DNA of 29,564 bases, taken from positions 1 to 29,564 of the forward strand of contig JBNGDF010000029.1 of NCBI GenBank assembly GCA_049975265.1. The letters are read 5' to 3'. This document shows positions 26,806-29,564 of this stretch, piece after piece; position 1 is the first letter of the stretch; each line of letters starts with the position of its first letter. Origin of the DNA: Fidelibacterota bacterium (GTDB lineage Bacteria > Fidelibacterota > UBA2242). The translations under genes and the position numbers were made by a program. The notes under the pieces are model-generated. The model worked only from the letters and a program-made list of their open reading frames with translations, ran no database searches and had not been told where the DNA came from.

Positions 26806-27582
26806 TCAGACCTCCTTCTCGCCCAGCCGGATATAGGACAATATCCAGAAGAAAGGTGCCAGCACCAGCCAAAAGAGATATTTGGCTATGGAAAACAGCG
26901 TTTTACTGAAATCTTCCAGATAGATAAAATCATGCGTCAGATAATCGTCCATGAATTGCATGTGATGGAAAAAATCGTGATAGATGACGCGGAAGACAAT
27001 AGCAGAAAACAGGGCAGTTGCAACGGTAAGCCCGAAAAGCGCCAAACCGGTTTTCATGAACGCATGGGATTTGAAATAGATGCTGCCGAACAGAAACAGC
27101 GCCTGGGTTACCAGATAGACACCCATTACGAAGATCATCTCTTTGGAAAAGAGCTTCAATACCGGGAATTGGTGATAGGTGAACAGCCGTGTAATGAGCA
27201 GCGAGATGAGATTGAGCAGTAGGTAAAAGATACCGACGAACAGGATAAAACCGATGGTGGTCAGAAGCAGGCGACTCGTGAATTTTTCGAGTGTCGTGGC
27301 GGGCAGCAGGAAAAATGCCGTGTTTTTGGGGGCATTATGAATCTCGCTGAATGCGGCGGCGCTGAGTAAAAAACCGCCAATATAGAGAACTGCCGGAAAG
27401 AATCTGCTGTGAAAGTCATAGTCAATGCTGCGGTGAGAGAAGATCAGCGGCGGCAACGTCGCGATAAAATAGATGGCGGCGACCGTTCCGGCACCCATCA
27501 GAAGGAGACGATAATGACGAAACAGATCGTTCCGCAGTAACAAAGCAAAGCGTTTTGGATGAAACAGGCAGTGATGGTCCAT
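26806..27582 (-). CDS. ABC-2-type permease-like membrane protein
   Basis: About six TM helices; 'FLLPATTLEKF' motif; abuts the ABC ATPase gene. Confidence 0.8.
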   Translation of the reverse strand: MDHHCLFHPKRFALLLRNDLFRHYRLLLMGAGTVAAIYFIATLPPLIFSHRSIDYDFHSRFFPAVLYIGGFLLSAAAFSEIHNAPKNTAFFLLPATTLEKFTSRLLLTTIGFILFVGIFYLLLNLISLLITRLFTYHQFPVLKLFSKEMIFVMGVYLVTQALFLFGSIYFKSHAFMKTGLALFGLTVATALFSAIVFRVIYHDFFHHMQFMDDYLTHDFIYLEDFSKTLFSIAKYLFWLVLAPFFWILSYIRLGEKEV

Positions 27583-28425
27583 TTATACCTCCCGGTTGAA
27601 GATATCATTTATGCGTTGTCGGTTGCTGATGACCGCATTGAACAGCAATTCGATATCCAGATTGCTGTCCTCCGCACCATTATTTTCATTGATAAGCACA
27701 TATCCGCCCAGGGTCTTTTCCCAGTACAGCGCCCTGTTTTCCTCGGGTTCACTCTTTTCCAGTCTTACGGAGAGTTTTTTTGAAATGGCTTCGATGGTGT
27801 AGTGAAAAATGATATCGCCGTCATTGAGAATGATGATCGGGTCGATCAGATTGCCGATGTCGCGTACCTGATGGGTGGAGATGATAATAATACGGTTTTC
27901 ATCCACCACACCGGTCAGGAGCTTGCGAAACTGGCTCTTGCTGGGAATATCCAGACCGTTGGTTGGCTCATCCAGAATCAGAATATGGGTGTTGGTAGCC
28001 AGTCCAAAGGCAATTAGCAGTTTCTTTTTCTGACCGTAGGACAGCGAGGTCAGTCGTTCGTTCAGCGGAAGTTCGAAGGTTTCGATATAGCGGTCAAAGG
28101 CGTTGCGGTCAAAATCCGGATAAAATGGCGCATACAGAAAAATATATTCGCTGATTTTGAGTGGCGGTGTGTAAAATTCTTCAGGGATAAAGTAGATATC
28201 CCGCAGTATGGCGACGTTTCTCTGCTCCGGTTTACATCCGAGGACCGTGCAGTCGCCGGTCTGAGGAAAGAGTAGCCCGCAGAGGATTTTCAGCAGGGTG
28301 GTTTTTCCGGCGCCGTTTTTGCCTAGCAGTCCGTAGATGTTGCCATCGGACATGGTGAGATTCAGCTGCTCAAAGAGGGGCGGCTTGTTTTTGTAGGCGA
28401 AACTCAGGTTTTGCAGTGTAATCAT
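27583..28425 (-). CDS. ABC transporter ATP-binding protein (YtrB-like)
   Basis: Walker A GKNGAGKT, signature LSYGQ, Walker B ILDEPTNGLD, H-loop STH; RBS GGAG upstream. Confidence 0.95.
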   Translation of the reverse strand: MITLQNLSFAYKNKPPLFEQLNLTMSDGNIYGLLGKNGAGKTTLLKILCGLLFPQTGDCTVLGCKPEQRNVAILRDIYFIPEEFYTPPLKISEYIFLYAPFYPDFDRNAFDRYIETFELPLNERLTSLSYGQKKKLLIAFGLATNTHILILDEPTNGLDIPSKSQFRKLLTGVVDENRIIIISTHQVRDIGNLIDPIIILNDGDIIFHYTIEAISKKLSVRLEKSEPEENRALYWEKTLGGYVLINENNGAEDSNLDIELLFNAVISNRQRINDIFNREV

Positions 28426-28439
28426 AGTGTTCTCCGTTT

Positions 28440-28465
28440 TAGTGTACTAAATTACTAATACACTA
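28440..28465. promoter_or_regulatory. YtrA-type operator (long palindrome)
   Basis: TAGTGTACTA-AATTAC-TAATACACTA: 10-bp arms with one mismatch, resembling the TGTA..TA-N-TA..TACA motif of YtrA-subfamily GntR regulators. It lies between the -10 element and the RBS. Confidence 0.8.
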
Positions 28466-28467
28466 TT

Positions 28468-28496
28468 AATGTAATGAGCCGGGTTGAGATTGTCAA
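28468..28496 (-). promoter_or_regulatory. Sigma-70-type promoter of the ABC/YtrA operon
   Basis: Minus strand TTGACA (28496-28491) - 17 bp - TACATT (28473-28468). Confidence 0.75.
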
Positions 28497-28505
28497 GGAT
28501 TTTTT

Positions 28506-29396
28506 TCAGGGAGTAAAAATATCGCTGATCCGCAGCAGGCGTGCCTGGTTTTGGTTGAAGGAAAACGAGATCCCGTAATGTGGATTATGACCGCCATACT
28601 GGTTCTCAGTCAGCCAGAGTGCCAGACCGTAGCGCTCCTTATACAGTCCGGTAGCCATGAGGGCGTATCCGAAACCCCGTGAGAACATTGGTGCATTGAA
28701 TCTGTCCCGGTTGTAGTAACGGAAATATCCGGCATGCCCCTGAACGGTAAGTGAGAGGAACGACGTAATCCTGGCGAAATGCCGGCAGCCGTTCAGACCG
28801 GCTCGCAGCTGGCTGGGTCCGGCGGCGGTCCGATGGGTGTGCGTGAAGGATAAATGGAGTGTCCGTGTGCTCTGATTAATCAGGTATGGTTCGATTTTGG
28901 TAAACATTGACAGTCCCACCGCCCAGCCACTGATATAGGGCAGGTTCAGGGCGCTGCATCCAAATGTGTTATGGTAGCGGTTCTGAATGGTCGCACCGCC
29001 GAAATTTCCCCGGGCTGTCAATCCTGCCCCCAGTTGCAGAAGAGTCCCGGAGGTCTCTTTTTCGACGGATAATCGCAGGTCAATCAGGTCGAAACGGTAG
29101 TAATCCGATTTGTTGGTCAGGACATGATAATAGGTGTCAAAAATAATCCAGTACCGGTTTTTGGAGCAGGCAAGCTGAGACCAGAAACAGCTGGTTATGA
29201 AATCATCGGGACCGACATCTACGATTTTTTGTAGAAAGTCCTGGAAAATCAGATTGTCGTTCCAGTAACCGACACTGATTTGATAGGGAGCACGGGAACT
29301 TTCCGGCGGGTAAGATGGCTGCAGAACACGGGTCATGATTAATAGGAAAAGCAGGCATGGAAGGCAGATTATCGGGTGATATGACAATTTCATCAT
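28506..29396 (-). CDS. Putative outer-membrane beta-barrel, LpxR/DUF2219 (lipid A deacylase)-like
   Basis: Likely start ATG 29396 or 29393, followed by a hydrophobic signal segment. 'WNDN...DDFIT' and 'GNFGGATIQNRYHNTFG...GW' resemble the LpxR-family ND..D..YT and Q..H..GW motifs; alternating aromatic strands. The family call rests on motif resemblance only. Confidence 0.55.
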   Translation of the reverse strand: MMKLSYHPIICLPCLLFLLIMTRVLQPSYPPESSRAPYQISVGYWNDNLIFQDFLQKIVDVGPDDFITSCFWSQLACSKNRYWIIFDTYYHVLTNKSDYYRFDLIDLRLSVEKETSGTLLQLGAGLTARGNFGGATIQNRYHNTFGCSALNLPYISGWAVGLSMFTKIEPYLINQSTRTLHLSFTHTHRTAAGPSQLRAGLNGCRHFARITSFLSLTVQGHAGYFRYYNRDRFNAPMFSRGFGYALMATGLYKERYGLALWLTENQYGGHNPHYGISFSFNQNQARLLRISDIFTP

Positions 29397-29564
29397 GGGG
29401 CGAATATAAAAACAATATTCGTTGTTATCTATAAAAAGCTGGAGCAATGCCGGATGGTTTCACGAAAAAGGAGCTGTGACTTTTTTTTACATTATTACAT
29501 AATTTTATTTCACTGCTGTCCCGTTAAGAAAAATGAAAAGGGCGTTATATAATTGATAATCAAC

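Noticed and set aside
29553..29563. TTGATAATCAA as an FNR site
   Set aside because: Spacer is 1 bp rather than the required 4; it also sits at the window edge with no context.
1..29564. CRISPR array, tRNA/rRNA, IS/integrase, retron or DGR elements
   Set aside because: No spaced direct repeats, cloverleaf, transposase, integrase or reverse-transcriptase motifs seen on reading.

Overview
Chromosomal, gene-dense window from what looks like a non-Bacteroidia member of the FCB superphylum (Marinimicrobia/KSB1/Calditrichota-like; this is inferred from gene content). I found no mobile element, CRISPR array or RNA gene. Left: a PAS-PAS-GAF hybrid histidine kinase and an NtrC-type sigma-54 activator, followed by a probable sigma-54 promoter driving a ZU5-like lipoprotein that ends in an HFT motif, plus a truncated ORF. 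Middle (+ strand): FAD oxidoreductase, HGSNAT/NagX-like acetyltransferase, fRMsr/MsrC, S41 protease and exbB-exbD-exbD-tonB. Converging on these across one shared terminator is a ~13 kb, mostly translationally coupled minus-strand operon: rdgB, sprA (T9SS translocon), an M28 glutaminyl-cyclase-like lipoprotein, prmA, a choice-of-anchor-X-like lipoprotein, an Asp-box propeller with a T9SS-type CTD, and two PorV/PorQ-like barrels. Right: a YtrA-regulated ABC operon with a clear operator, and an LpxR-like barrel. The most interesting hypothesis is a compact T9SS-like module (translocon, two shuttles, cargo, pyroglutamate-forming enzyme) with no gldKLMN in the window, sitting beside a Ton motor that has no TonB-dependent receptor in the window.
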